Source: Octopus sinensis (Eukaryota). From it: a DNA stretch of 64,000 nt. The notes below the pieces were generated by a model, which did not search any database, was not told where the DNA came from, and worked only from the letters and a program-made list of their open reading frames with translations. Location of the stretch: the NCBI RefSeq assembly GCF_006345805.1, contig NC_042998.1:61132001-61196000 (forward strand), given 5' to 3'. The translations under genes and the position numbers were made by a program. Shown one piece after another: positions 51,701 to 62,690 of this stretch (positions are counted from its first letter, which is position 1; each line of letters opens with the position of its first letter).

Positions 51701-51855
51701 CTCGAGTGCTGCTGGGGCCAGAAAGACTGAGTAAGTGGACCGCGTTTTAGGGATTAGTTTCCCGCACATGCACATAGGGAAGACTTCCGGTGGCCAACCA
51801 AAAGTAATCCCATTCTGCGCATGTGCGTTGAACCTTACACAGCAGCATCACTACA
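48788..51855 (-). mobile_element. Ty3/gypsy LTR retrotransposon (CsRn1-like), non-autonomous: gag, protease and RT absent
   Basis: LTRs at 48788-49217 and 51423-51855 (TG...CA; about 16 substitutions and one 3-bp indel by manual comparison). TSD is cagt on both sides. PBS tggtgaccc (tRNA-Trp 3' complement) follows the 5' LTR, and PPT gagggggagcca precedes the 3' LTR. Confidence 0.93.
49349..51067 (-). pseudogene. Gypsy RNase H-integrase remnant
   Basis: [33 protein letters not shown] (RNase H); HHCC H..SHPG..C..C; D-D35-E as [15 protein letters not shown] and N*LVERFH (GGA to TGA nonsense). A frameshift near 49905 precedes the GPF motif and the TRSGR tail. Confidence 0.92.
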
Positions 51856-52939
51856 CAGTAAATTCCACCATTGGGTAATTCCATGTTTGCTTCTCTGGAT
51901 GTTAACATTATCTGAAGTGTATATTAGCAATAATTATAATGATATGGAATATAGAAACTGGTACATCTTCAAAATTTATTCCTTGTTACAACCTACACGT
52001 GTTTCCAGTGCATTTGGGCATGATTTTCTGTGCAGATTTGTTGAAGGTCTGTTCAGCAGCTAGCTTCAAAGTGAACTGAATACAGTTAGTTGTTTGTTGG
52101 TTAAGATTCAGGAGTAAATGAGGGGAGCTTCTTTTGAATCTGAAATCTGATCTGTTTGTAAGCTTGTGCAAGTTTCACACCAGATGCTGCCCGAAGTCAT
52201 GTAAAAATAGGTTAAAATTTATGTTACTGTTTTGACAGGCCTCATTATGTATTGTAGTAGTTGGTTACTTAATAACATTATTTTCAAGTGTAGTTCATGT
52301 AATGTAACGTTTTTAGTTATATAATTTTGTAGCTGTGAAAATTATGCTGGGGTTTTTGCAAATAACCTTCACATGCAAGTGCTACCAGCCGAGAACTCTG
52401 CATACCACAATCCAGCAAGTGTATGGGGTCATCAGGAGAGAATGCGCACTGTTTCAGTGCCTACCTCTTGACGGCATCAATGCGCACTGGTCCCACTCAC
52501 TGATATGAGGCCCTGCTTGCTAGATCAACTGGTTATTAAATAAAGCTCAATATTCTTATAGTCATCACTCATCGTCTCTTTTTAACCAAATCCAGTGGCT
52601 AGCCTTTTCTGCTGTAGTTTGGATATCGGTCATGGTCGTATTTTCTTTACGATGAATTAGGTCTAGCGATAACAACAGTTGTCTCACATTGTGTCCAACA
52701 AACCTGACCAGGTGGCACATAAAAAGCACCCAGTACACTCTTGGAGTGGTTGGCATTAGGAAGGGCATCCAGCTATAGAAACATTGCCAGATCAGATTGG
52801 GGCCTGGTGCAGCCACCTGGCTTGCCAGTCCCCAGTCAAACCATCCAACCCATGCCATGATTTTTTTATTTTACTTGACTCAATAGGTCTCCTCAAAGAA
52901 GGTAGATAGCATATATACTAGGTTGGTTATGAAAAGGCT

Positions 52940-53461
52940 AATTGGTTGTTGTGTACAAGAGAGAAGACTGCACTGGTTTGGTCCTGTGATGTGGAAGGAT
53001 GACGATAGCTCCATAAAGAAGTACCAATCTTTCAGTGGAACACATGGAAGTGGGAGAACATGGAAGACATGGGATGAAGTACTGAAGAAGAACCTCAGGG
53101 CAACGAACCATTCAGGCAAGATGACAAAAGACTGAGATGCTCTACTCCAAGAAGACCCATACTCTGCAGCAGAAGAGTTAAGACTGGTCCCTTCTAGTGG
53201 TGAAAAGCACAGGTGGCTGTGCTGCATAAAGGTGACCATGTGGTGCTACATAAAGGCATCTTGTGCTGTCACACAAAAACACCAAGCACACACTGTAAAG
53301 TGGTTGGCATTTTGGGAAGGGCATCTGGCAGTAAAAACCATGCCAAATCAGACTGGAGCCTGGCACAGCTCTCCAGCTTGCCAGCTCTAGTCAAACCATC
53401 CAACCCATGCCCGCATAGACAACGGATGTTCATTGATGAGGATTACGATGATATATATAAA
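52940..53461 (+). mobile_element. RTE 3' end, inverted near-duplicate of 55574-56118
   Basis: Shared aberrant peptide WFGPVMWKDDDS.IKKYQSFSGTHGSGRT.KTWDEVL in both copies. Confidence 0.85.
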
Positions 53462-53754
53462 GGCCATGCATTTGGTGTGTTTCAGATATGTGCTTCTATC
53501 CTTCCTTTCCTACCTATCTGTGTGCATGATATTGAGTTATGTAGAATGTGCGTTAAGAGAATAGATTTCAGATCCAAAACAAACTCCCCACATTTCTCCC
53601 TGGACCCTAACCAACAAACAACTAACTGTATTCAGTTTCCTTCAAGACTTGCAGATGGACACACCCGGAACGAAGCTACATAGGAAATCATGCTTAGATG
53701 CATGTCCATACACTGTGCAGTGGAAACATGTAAGTCTCATAACCATAAACATAT

Positions 53755-55430
53755 CCTCCTCATCATCATCTTCATTGTTTAACGGCCATTTTCCATGCTG
53801 GCATGGGTTGGACGGTTTGACTGGGGACTGGCAAGCCAGGAGGCTGCACCAGGCTCCAATCTTATCTGGCAATGTTTCTACAGCTGGATCCCTTCCTAAC
53901 GCCAACCACTCTGAAAGTGTAGTGGGTGCTTTTTATGTGCCACCTGCATAGGAGCCAGTCAGGTGGAACTGGTATCAGCCATTTTCAGATGGTGCTTTTT
54001 ATGTGCTGCTTGTACAGGAGCCAGTCGGGGTGAGGGAAGGGGGGGGGGCAGGCATCAACTGCATTCAGATGGTGCTTTTTATGTGCCCCCAGAACGGTGA
54101 GCCAATCAAGCAGCACTGGCAATGACCCATGCATAAATGGTACTTATTGTGTGCCACCAGCACGGGAATCAGTCAGGTGGCATTGATATCAGCCACAACT
54201 ACAATTTCCATTTTGATTTCGATTTGATTGAGATTCTGATTCTGATTTTGAATTTTGATTTTTGATTTTACTTGACTCAATAGGTCTCCTCAAGCATGGT
54301 GTATCGCCCAATGATTCAAAGGTACTTTTTAAATGGGCTGGTTATGTGTCACTGGTATAGGCTACAAATGTGATCTCACTTTACTTGCTAGATCTTCTCA
54401 ACCACAGCATATCTCCATAGGTCTCAGTCTCTTGTCATTGCTTCTGTGAGGCCCAATGTTTGAAGGTTGCACTTCACCATCTCATACCATGTCTTCCTGG
54501 GTTTCTCTCTTCCACAGGCTCCTTCTACTGTTAGAGGGTGACACTTCTTCACACAGCTCTCCTCATGTATATGCAGCACATTCCCATACCAGCGCATACA
54601 TCTGATGCTTCTTATGTCAACATTTCTGTCAGGGCACTTACACTCTGTCATGTATGCACACTGACATTACACATCCAGCAGATCATACTAGCTTCATTTC
54701 TTTCAAGCCTACATATGTCCTCAACAGTCATGGCCTATGTTTCACTGCCGAGTAGCATGGCAGTATGCACACATGCATCATACAGTCTACTGTTCACTCT
54801 GAGCAAGAGGCCTTTTGTCACCAGTAGAGGTAGGAGCTTTCTGAACTTTTCCCAGGCTATTCTTATTCTAGTGGCAATGCCTTCCGAGCATCCTCCCAAC
54901 TACAGACTTAGCCACTTAGGTAGCGGAAGCTATCAACTATTTCTAGTTTCTCACCCTGGCATGTGATGGAATCTGTCTTCTGAGCATCTTTGGTGTTTAT
55001 TGCACCAGTGCATCTGCTGCACACAAAAGCTATCATCCCAGTTAATATTCCTTTGATGTTGCTGCACTCCTTATGCATTGATGGCTTATACTGGAGTTTC
55101 TATCTACGCCTTTTCTACAGATCGAGTAGGGCCATCTACCTGAAGAGGTTTGTGATTTGTTCCCCTTCCTACTCACTAGAACTTTGGTTTTTGCATCATT
55201 GGCTCTAAGGCCCTTCAATTCTAAACCTTGCTTCTACGCCAGAAATTTCTTTATTTTTGGTAGTGATTCAGCTGTGAGAGCAAAGTCATCAGTATAGAGG
55301 AGCTCTCAGGGGCAGCTTGTCTCAAATTCCTCTGTTATTTCCTGGAGGACTATGATGAATAAGAGGGGGCTGTATGGAATTGTAAAATAAAAGGAAATAA
55401 ATTTTGAGGATGTACCAGTTTCCATATTCT
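53755..55430 (-). mobile_element. Degenerate RTE LINE (RT to 3' tail)
   Basis: SPLLFIIVL...ELLY.DD...GRWP.SICRKGV...IRIAW.KFRKLLPLL...KPRKTWYEMVK. (cat)n tail at about 53755. Confidence 0.85.
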
Positions 55431-55510
55431 ATACTGTTATAATTATTGCTAATACATACATACATCATGCTAGCATGGAAGGTGGACGTTAAACGATGAT
55501 GATGATGGTG

Positions 55511-55544
<34 letters not shown>

Positions 55545-55573
55545 GTATGTATGTATGTATGTATATATATATA

Positions 55574-56678
55574 TTTATATATATATCATCATAATCATCA
55601 TCAATGAACATCCGTTGTCTATGCTGGCATGGGTTGGATGGTTTGACCAGAGCTGGCAAGCTGGAGAGCTGTGCCAGGCTCCAATCTGATTTAGCATGGT
55701 TTTTACTGCCGAATGCCTTTCCAAACATGCCACCCACTTTACAGAGTGTGCTTCGTGCTTTTGTGTGACACTGCACAGGTGCTTTTACATGACAGCACAG
55801 GATGCTTTTATGTAGCACCACATGGACACCTTTATGCAGCACAGCCACCTGTGCTTTTCACCACTAGAAGGGACCAGTCTTAACTCTTCTGCTGCAGAGT
55901 ATGGGTCTTCTTGGAGTAGAGCATCTCAGTCCTTTGTCATCTTGCCTGAAAGGTTCGTTGCCCTGAGGTTCTTCAGTACTTCATCCCATGTCTTCCTTGT
56001 TCTCCCACTTCCATGTGTTCCACTGAAAGATTGGTACTTCTTTATGAAGCTATCGTCATCCTTCCACATCACAGGACCAAACCAGTGCAGTCTTCTCTCT
56101 TGTACACAGCAACCAATTCCTCTCATTGCTAACTTCTCTCTCAAAATACTAACACTCCGTTGAACATGTACACTTGAATTACAGATCCAGTAGAGCATAC
56201 AAACCTCACTCCCTTCTAACCTCTGGATGTCCTCTGCATTCAGGACCCACGTCTCACTACCATGTAGAATTGCTGTCCATATACATGCATCATACGATCT
56301 TTCTTTCACTTGGAGAGAGAAATCAACAGAGGTGACAATGCCCTGAATTTCCTCCATCCTATTCTTATTCTAACTCTCACACTTTCCATGCAACCTCTCC
56401 ACTACTAATTTGGTCCACTAAATAGCAGAAATTATCTACTAATTCTAACAAGTCACCAGGGCACTTGATAGAATCAATTTCCTGAGTCTCTAAAGTTTTT
56501 ATGGATCCTGTGCATCTTCCATATATGAAAACTATCTTCTCTGATAGCCTTTCTACTAATCCACTGCACCTCTTGTGTGTCCATTGCTTACACTGGGTAC
56601 ACTGTATAGAGTTTTTGTCTACAACTTTCCTACAAACTGAACAGGGCCACCTACCTGATGGGAGTAGGTTCCTGTCTG

Positions 56679-56690
<12 letters not shown>
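55574..56690 (-). mobile_element. Degenerate RTE LINE (RT C-terminus to tail)
   Basis: ORFs 55926-56357 (ILHGSETW...RRLHWFG) and 56377-56814 (GRWPCSVCRK..CTQCKQWTHKRC). Confidence 0.85.
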
Positions 56691-56720
<30 letters not shown>

Positions 56721-57391
56721 AATTATAAATAAGGGCAAAAGAAAAAAAGATTTCTATGCCAATATGCTGAAAATAGACTTTGAATCGTCGATCACCACAC
56801 ACAATATACATCACTCTATGAATTTAGAAAGTAAAAATGTCTTCAAAAGAAAAATTTTTGCCAGAAAGTGATTTTTACCTTCTAAAATCATGATGCCATT
56901 TTTAAATGTAAAATATGAATGAAGGTAGATATTCTTTTCTATTCTAAGCACAAGACCTGAAATTTTAGGGGAGGGGTCCAGTTGATTACGTTGACCCCAG
57001 CATGTAACTGGTACTTAATTTATTGACCCCAAAAGAATGAAAGGTAAATTGACCTTAGCAGAATTTGAACTCAGAACGTAAAGACAGACGAAATACCATT
57101 AAGCATTTTGCCTGGCCTGCTAATGTTTCTGCCAGCTCACCACCTTAAATGAAGGTAGATATTGAAACATGCGTAGGCATTATGAAATTGACAACTATGT
57201 AAAGAAATTGATTTTGCTGTGTTCAAGCACTCCATTTTTTTAATATGATATTACTAAAATTCTGTTCTCATATATCTAAAAGATGAAAACATTAATCGAT
57301 ATAGAGATAAACCAGTGGACACTTGGATGTAAGACATCCTTAGAAAGAGCAATTTTTTTCTATACAGAACTATATATATATATATACATAT

Positions 57392-60300
57392 ATGATGGTG
57401 CACTTGCTTTTAATATTTCTGAAAAGAAAGAGGCTTGGAGAAGCCATTATGAAAGACTGCTGAATGTGGAGAATGAATGGGAGGAGGAGAACCTGCCAAA
57501 TGTTGACCCAGTAGAAGGACCAGATATCCCAATAGACAGCTCCCTAGTAGATAAAGCAATTAAGGGCATGAAGCCAGGAAAAGCCCCCGGCCCATCTAGA
57601 ATCACTGCTGAGATGCTTAAAGCATCTGGTGGTGTGGGCTATGGCCTAGCCACCTGCATTGTAAACCAGGTAGTTCATAATGGAGTCATACCCAATAACT
57701 GGCGTAGCAGCACCATAGTCAACTGCTCCAAGGGTACTTACTTGTACTTGTGATGGCATTCACCCAGGGCGGGTTGAGCCGGCTTCTCCTCTAGTCCTAA
57801 CTGTATCACGAACCATGGTGGCCCATGCTTGACGGTCCCGTGCGGGGTCACTGAAGATAGCGAGCTATTCGCGGTTCCCTCTGCGCAGACCGACCACCTG
57901 TGGACCTGATAGTTCGGAGAGGTCCTCCTTTATCGTCGTGGCCCAGGTCTTCAGCTGTCTGCCTCTGCATTTGTGCCAGCTGGGAAGAGGACATCATGAA
58001 TCAGCTCCCCCTCTGGACGGTGGGCTGCATGACCGAACCACCTTAAGTGCCATTGTAAAAGCATCAAAGGGAAGGGGCCGGAGATTCAGGCGATGACAAA
58101 GACTGTAGGAACCCGATCAATGCGTCAGCAGTGAAGAATGCGGCAGAGACAGTCATTGTCGAACACCTCTAGCCTTCGCTGATCAGCTACCCTAATAGGC
58201 CATGTTTTGCAACCATAGAGGAGGATAGTATGAACGATGGCCTGGTAAATTTGCCCTTTGGTCACAAAGGAGATCTCTCTTCTGTCCCACAGGCACTGCT
58301 GGAGACGCACGAATGCTGACCTGGCAACACCTATGCGATGCTTGACCTCGGCTGTGCCCTGGCTTGTTGGAACCACCGTTGAACCCAGGTAGACGAAGGA
58401 CTCCACATCCTTCAGCTCCATGCCCTCAAGAACGATTGGCTGCCATTCATCTGCTGTGACCAGAGACATCATCCCTTTTGTTTTGCCAGTATTGATCCGA
58501 AGACTGACAGCTGCCGCTGCCGCATGCACCCTTTTGAGAGCATCTTGGACATCTACCCGGTTAGAGCCCAAGAGCGTGATGTCATCTGCATAGGCCAGGA
58601 CCATCACCACGACTCCTCTCCCAGCCTCTATGCCTAGGTAATCCCGAAGCACAGTGTTGAGAATGTAATCGATGGCATAATTGGTGAGAGCGTACAACCC
58701 TGTCAAACACCTGTAGTGACATCAAATGACTCCGTCTCCCTGCCATAGACCCTCACACGAGCCCTCGCTGAACGATAGTAACCCAGTATGAGGTTTAGTA
58801 GCTTTACAGGGATACCGTCCGCCTGCATAATATGCCAGAGGGCCTCCCGACCCACCAAGTCAAAGGCAGCCACAAAATCGATGAAGCAGAGAACGATATG
58901 TTGTTGGTGCGCCCACCACTGTTCCAGGACTTGCTGGAGATTGAAGATTTGATCAACGCACCCTCTCCCAGGATGGAAGCTGTCCTGAGAAGGACGAGTA
59001 CGAACATCACGGATGGCCTGGAACCTCTTCAGAAGAAGGATTGCAAAGGTTTTTGCAACCACATCGATCAAGATGATGCCTCTATAGTTGGAACACAGCT
59101 TTCTATCACCTTTTTTGAAGAAAGGTAAAAGAGTTATCTCACTCCAGTCATCAGGAAAATGCTCCGTCACCCACACAGCAGAGAAAACATGATGGAGCCA
59201 GGCTGCGAAGACATCAGGCTCGGTCTTGTAGATCTCAGCTGGGACACCGTCCTCACACGGGGCCTTGTTGTTCTGGAGATTTTTCAGGATACCACGCACC
59301 TCCTCGACCATTGGAGGGGCAGTGTTGCATCTGTACTCTTCTCCAGGCGGCTGCGCATCGGTTGTCGTAGATGGAGGCAGGTGATTGAGGAGCTCGGAGA
59401 AGTAGTCCCACCATTGGCCCACCCGGTCACTGAGGTTGGTAATGACCACACCGTTCCGATCATGGATCATCTCGCTGACACCCAGATTGCTTCGGCTGCC
59501 CTGCTTCACCAGTTGGTAAAGCTTCCGTGAGTTGCCGCATACTGCTGCTCTCTCTGTCTGCTCCGCAAATGCACGCCAGTGTGCATTTCGATCAGCCCGG
59601 TCCAATGACAGGAGAACAGCCAATCAGATTGACTACATACTGGTCAGGTCTCACTGGGCTAGATCAGTGGTAGACTCTCGTGCATATCGCGGGGCTGATA
59701 AAGGGAAGCTAGCATTGGTCAGACCATACTCTTGTTTGGGCAACCTTTCATTTGCGGCTGCAGGCGAAACCTCCTCCTAACCACAAGAAGAGAATCAGCA
59801 TCTTGCGACTCAAACTCGATTCCAGTTGGTTGGTAATGTGGTGGAGCAACAGCCGGAGCAGAAGTGGCAAGTGCTGAAGGAAGCAACAGTTGAGGTGGCC
59901 CGAAAACATCTCGGGTCTACTCGCTGCCATCATAGGAACTGGATCTCTGGTGACACTCTTGAACTCGTGGAGGGGGCGAGGGTGGCTCGGCTCGAGGGAG
60001 ATCCAAATCTCCAAAATCTACGACGTCAAGCTACAAGGTGATGCTCTAGATAGAAATAACTACAGGGGTATTAAACTGTTGGATCAGGTGATGAAGGTCA
60101 CAGAGAGGGTCATAGTCCATCTCATTAGGGAGAGAGTCTGATTAGATGAGATGTAATTTGGTTTTGTTCCGGGTAGAAGCACCACTGATGCCATATTCCT
60201 GGTTCGACAACTGCAGGAGAAATACCTAGCTAAAGATAAACCCCTCTACTTAGCTTTTGTGGACTTGGAGAAAGCTTTTGACAGAGTCCCCCTATCCTTT

Positions 60301-62117
60301 ATCTGGTGAGCAAACTTGGAAACTGGAGATAGACGAATGGTTAATAAGGGCTGTACAGGCCCTATACAGAGAGGCCGTTAGTAAGGTTAGGATTGGCAAC
60401 GAGTATAGTGAAGAATTCAAGGTAGAAATAGGGGTCCACCAAGGTTCAGCCCTCAGTCCCCTTTTATTCATCATAGTCCTCCAGGCAATAACAGAAGAAT
60501 TGAAGATGGGTTGCCCCTGGGAGCTCCTCTATGCTGATGACCTGGCCCTCATAGCAGAATCGCTATGGGAACTAGAAAATAAATTTTGGGTGTGGAAGCT
60601 AGGTTTAGAATCAAAAGGCCTTAGAGTCAATGTAGCAAAGACCAAAGTTATACTAAGTAGAAAGGCGAACTCATCACCCCCACCCCTCATGTAGGTGGCC
60701 CTGCTTGATCTGTAGAAAAGTTTAGGTAGAAACTCCATAAAATGTACCAAGTGTAAGCTATGGATGCATAAGAGGTGCAGCAACATCAAAGGAAAAATAA
60801 CCGAGAAGATAGCTTTCATGTGCAGCAGATGCACAGGGACAATAGACGCCACAGATACTCAGAAAACAGATTCTACTACACTCCAGAGGAAGAAACTAGA
60901 AATAGTTGATAGTTTCCACTACCTAGGTGACCAAGTTGATAGTGGGGGTTGATGCTCAGAGAGTGTTACCACTAGAATAAGAATAGCCTGGGCAAAGTTT
61001 AGAAAGCTTCTACCCCGACTGATGACAAAGGGTCTCTTGCTCAGAGTGAAAGGTAGATTGTACAACACATGTGTGCAAATTGCCATGCTTCAAGGCAGTG
61101 AAACATGGGCTTGAAAGAAATGAAGCTAGCATGATTTGCTGGATGTGTAATGTCAGTGTCCATGCATGACAGAGTGTAAGCGCCCTAAGAGAAATGTTGG
61201 ACATAAGAAGCATCAGATGTGGTGTGCAGGAGAGACATTTGCGTTGGTATGGTCATGTACTACGGATGGATGAGGATAGCTGTGTGAAGAAGTGCCACTC
61301 CCAAACTGTTGATGGAATCCGGTGTAGAAGTAGACCCAGGAAGACATGGGATAAGGTGTTCAAGCATGACCTTCATACATTGGGCCTCACAGAGGCAATG
61401 ACAAAAGACCGAAACCTCTGGAGATATGCTGTGACTTTGAAGACCCAACAAATGAAGTGAGTTCATGGCTCGCAGGATGGCCTGCTGTGCTAACCTTGGT
61501 TCGTAGGGTGACCTGCTGTGCTTGAAGGGACCTATTGAGTCAAGTACATCAATATCAAAATAAAAATCAAATGGATATTGTAGTTGTGATACCCATGCCG
61601 GTGGCATGTTGGGCTTCACAGAGGAAATGACGAAAGACTGAGACCTCTGAGATATGCTGTAACTGTGAAGGCCCGACGACTGAAGTGAGTTTATGGCACG
61701 CAGGATGGCCTGCTCTTGAGGAGACTTATTGTGTCAAGTACGTCAACACCAACATCAAAATAAAAATCAAATGGAAATTGTAGTTAAGATTCCTGTGCTG
61801 CTGGCACATAAAAAGAACCATCTGAACATGGCTGATGCCAGCAGCACCTGACGAGCATCCATGTCGGTGACACAAAAAAAGCACCTACCGATCGTGGCTG
61901 TTTGCTAGCCTCCTCTGACCCCTGTGCCAGTGGCATGTAAAAAGCACCCACTACACTCACGGAGTGGTTGGTTTTAGGAAGGGCATCCAGCTGTAGAAAC
62001 ATTGCCAGACCAGACTGGAGCCTGGCACAGCCACCTGGCTTCCCAGACCCCGGTCGAACTGTCCAACCCATGCTAGCATGGAAAACGGACGTTAAACGAT
62101 GATGATGATGATGATGA
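57392..62117 (+). mobile_element. RTE LINE (host), split at 57736/60039 by a nested RTE
   Basis: ...GKAPGPS..ITAEML...SSTIVNCSKG| resumes as |KGDALDRNNYRGIKLL, then LVDLEKAFDRV, GVHQGSALSPLLF, LYADD and RWYGHV. It has a duplicated 3' end and a (gat)n tail. Confidence 0.9.
57737..60038 (-). mobile_element. Nested RTE LINE of a second family with an inverted 5' segment (59601-60038 on the plus strand)
   Basis: Minus-strand ORFs 58703-59623 (NYRGI..IDVVAK, FIDFVAAFD) and 58125-58706 (LAYADDI, FVYLGS), with a caagta-repeat tail at 57737. The plus piece reads NQIDYILV...LRRQATR. Confidence 0.88.
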
Positions 62118-62484
62118 AAATATGTATGACGAGCTTCTTTCAATTTCCATTTACCAAATTCATTCACACATAAAAAACTTTTCTTTCATTGTGTTAGACA
62201 AACAGTACTGCCCACTCCCCAAAAAAAAGAAAAAAGAAAAAAGTATTATATTGCCCCAGTGCCTTGTATCATCATTTTTATGTGACAGAATGTTCAAACA
62301 CGGTTATTTAATCCATGGATTTATTTTGAAATATACATTCATAAAGTTTTTTTTCATGTAGAAAATGAGCAATGATCAGTGAATTTATGATTTAATGCAT
62401 TCCAGCCAGAATGCATTAAATCATAGGTTTCTGTCTGGCGAGGATTGGCCTGGGGCCAAACAACATCTGCATTTACTCAGAAAT

Positions 62485-62690
62485 TTACTTTTTGCCTGAT
62501 GGTAGATATTTAAGTGCAGGCAAACAGTTAGCATTTTCAAGAGCTTCTCTGAGTATTTCAAATGTATTTGTGTTACTATTGCAGCGCGTAAGCCATGTTT
62601 CTAGCATCTGAAAGCTCATTATTATATCGTTATTACCATTATCCTTGTCGATATTTGTTAGGGCATCAGTAGCAATGCCCAGAGAGATAC
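62485..62690 (-). CDS. Terminal exon encoding a Death-domain-like C-terminus of an unidentified gene whose 5' exons were not identified
   Basis: Acceptor tttttgtgtattttgcag. Peptide (G)ISLGIATDALTNIDKDNGNNDIIMSFQMLETWLTRCNSNTNTFEILREALENANCLPALKYLPSGKK* fits the Death-fold pattern LG...I..dn....qML..W.......L..AL. Confidence 0.68.
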
